64,000 bases of DNA. Origin: Paraspadella gotoi (Eukaryota; Animalia; Chaetognatha). Both the position numbers and the translations under genes were made by a program. The DNA lies in assembly GCA_051294375.1 (NCBI GenBank), contig CM119270.1:3709010-3773009 (forward strand). The letters are read 5' to 3'. Within the stretch, counting starts at the first letter, position 1. Each line of letters begins with the position of its first letter. Positions 62,857 through 64,000 of the stretch are shown piece after piece. The notes beneath the pieces were generated by a model. That model was not told the DNA's origin and ran no database searches. It worked only from the letters and a program-made list of their open reading frames with translations.

Positions 62857-63922
62857 GGAATCAACGTCGTCTCCCAACGCCGTAACGTCCCGGCGCCGTG
62901 AATTCCCGGCGCCCCGTATTTCCGGCGCTCCATCGTCCCGGCGCCGTGTCTTCCCGGCGCCCCATCGTCCCGGCGCCGTGTCTTCTCGGCGCCCCATCGT
63001 CCCGGCGCCGTGTCTTCCCGGCGCCCCATCGTCCCGGCGCCGTCTCGTCGCGGCACAGTTTCGTCCGGGCGCCGTCTCGTCACGCCGCGAATATTATTAA
63101 TTATATTGCAATATTATGCATTAATACGCAATCTCAATTATTATATACTATACATACTATAGATGGTTTCTTTGTAAGTTTATATTCAAGTGAAGAACCC
63201 GCTATGAAATCGTGATATATTTTGTTCAAACAAACTTCCTACTACAGTATATGATGTTAAAAAGTATTTTATGCCCTAAAAATACTTTAATATTCTTATA
63301 ATTAACGATCCCACTTAGAAGTACAATTTTTATCGCCCCGCGTTATATCGTTTGTGTTGCGCCGAAAATGCAAGTGACGCATCGGCGCATCCCCTTAGAG
63401 CGCCTTTTTCGCTCGGGCGTCAAGATGCGTCGTCCTGGAGAGATTCGTCCTGGAACGAAAAAGGAACCAAGACGACAATGTATTAGACGACGACGACGAA
63501 GACGACGACGAAGACGACGACGATGGGAGGGGTCCCGCTCGCTGCTATCGTTATCACGCGGCACCACCAGCGCACGCGCGCCCATAGCAGAGAGAGAGAG
63601 NNNNNNNNNNAGAGAGAGAGTGAGGGAAATGGCACCTGAACCACGACACAATTTCTTTTTATTCTCATTCTCTTCCTTTTCTTTTTCTCTTTTCTTTTTC
63701 CTTCGTCGCCTCTCGTTTCGAATATGCGTCGCAAAATCGTTGCATCGTTATAACACAAGATTTTTTTAATTAAACTTACGATTTATATTGTTATAATTTA
63801 AAATTTAAAAATCTTAAATCTTAAAAATTATCATTTACCTTTTGCTATAAATCAGATCCATTCCTTCAAAAAAGAAGCTATCTTACCTTCAGACTCATAT
63901 GGTGGATTAAGGAGTCCAACCC
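62857..63922 (+). repeat. Duplicate of 54943-56092, containing a ~31-bp GC minisatellite (CCCGGCGCCGTGTCTTCCCGGCGCCCCATCGT) at about 62888-63088
   Basis: Repeated CCCGGCGCC units; downstream unique sequence collinear with the 55-kb copy. Confidence 0.85.
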
Positions 63923-64000
63923 TTTCACTAGATAATATATTTTGTATATATATATACTTTTTGTTTTCTTAATTCTGTCTTATAAAAAATATATTTGTTA

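Noticed and set aside
62888-63088. CRISPR-like array (also 924-1180 and 7691-7980)
   Set aside because: The units are contiguous tandem repeats without unique spacers, the context is eukaryotic, and there are no cas genes.

Overview
Repeat-saturated, intergenic or intronic DNA from an animal (eukaryotic) genome assembly. No host protein-coding gene can be supported: almost all ORFs in the track are translations of (GA)n, (GTC)n, (GGC)n, A-rich tracts or N gaps. Several stretches carry dense single-base indels typical of unpolished long-read gap fill, and four gaps are exactly 25 N. Mobile elements dominate. (1) An 817-bp miniature LTR retrotransposon (TRIM, 48672-49488) whose LTRs contain a tRNA-like Pol III A/B-box module, with PBS, PPT, a 4-bp TSD and the empty site visible in a duplicate copy, plus a related solo LTR with a CTAG TSD (37431-37689). 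(2) Two independent head-to-head fold-back elements (about 43.0-43.7 kb and 61.3-61.85 kb) carrying Penelope-type minimal hammerhead ribozyme motifs. (3) A near full-length but frameshifted minus-strand non-LTR retrotransposon (about 11.95-17.7 kb; three-knuckle ORF1, APE and RT motifs). (4) A 2-kb non-autonomous TIR DNA transposon, a CGG..CCG MITE family with TTAGGG-like internal repeats, a SINE-like element, a dispersed short repeat family, and several kb-scale duplications that may be assembly artefacts. All calls were made by eye; no searches or folding were run.
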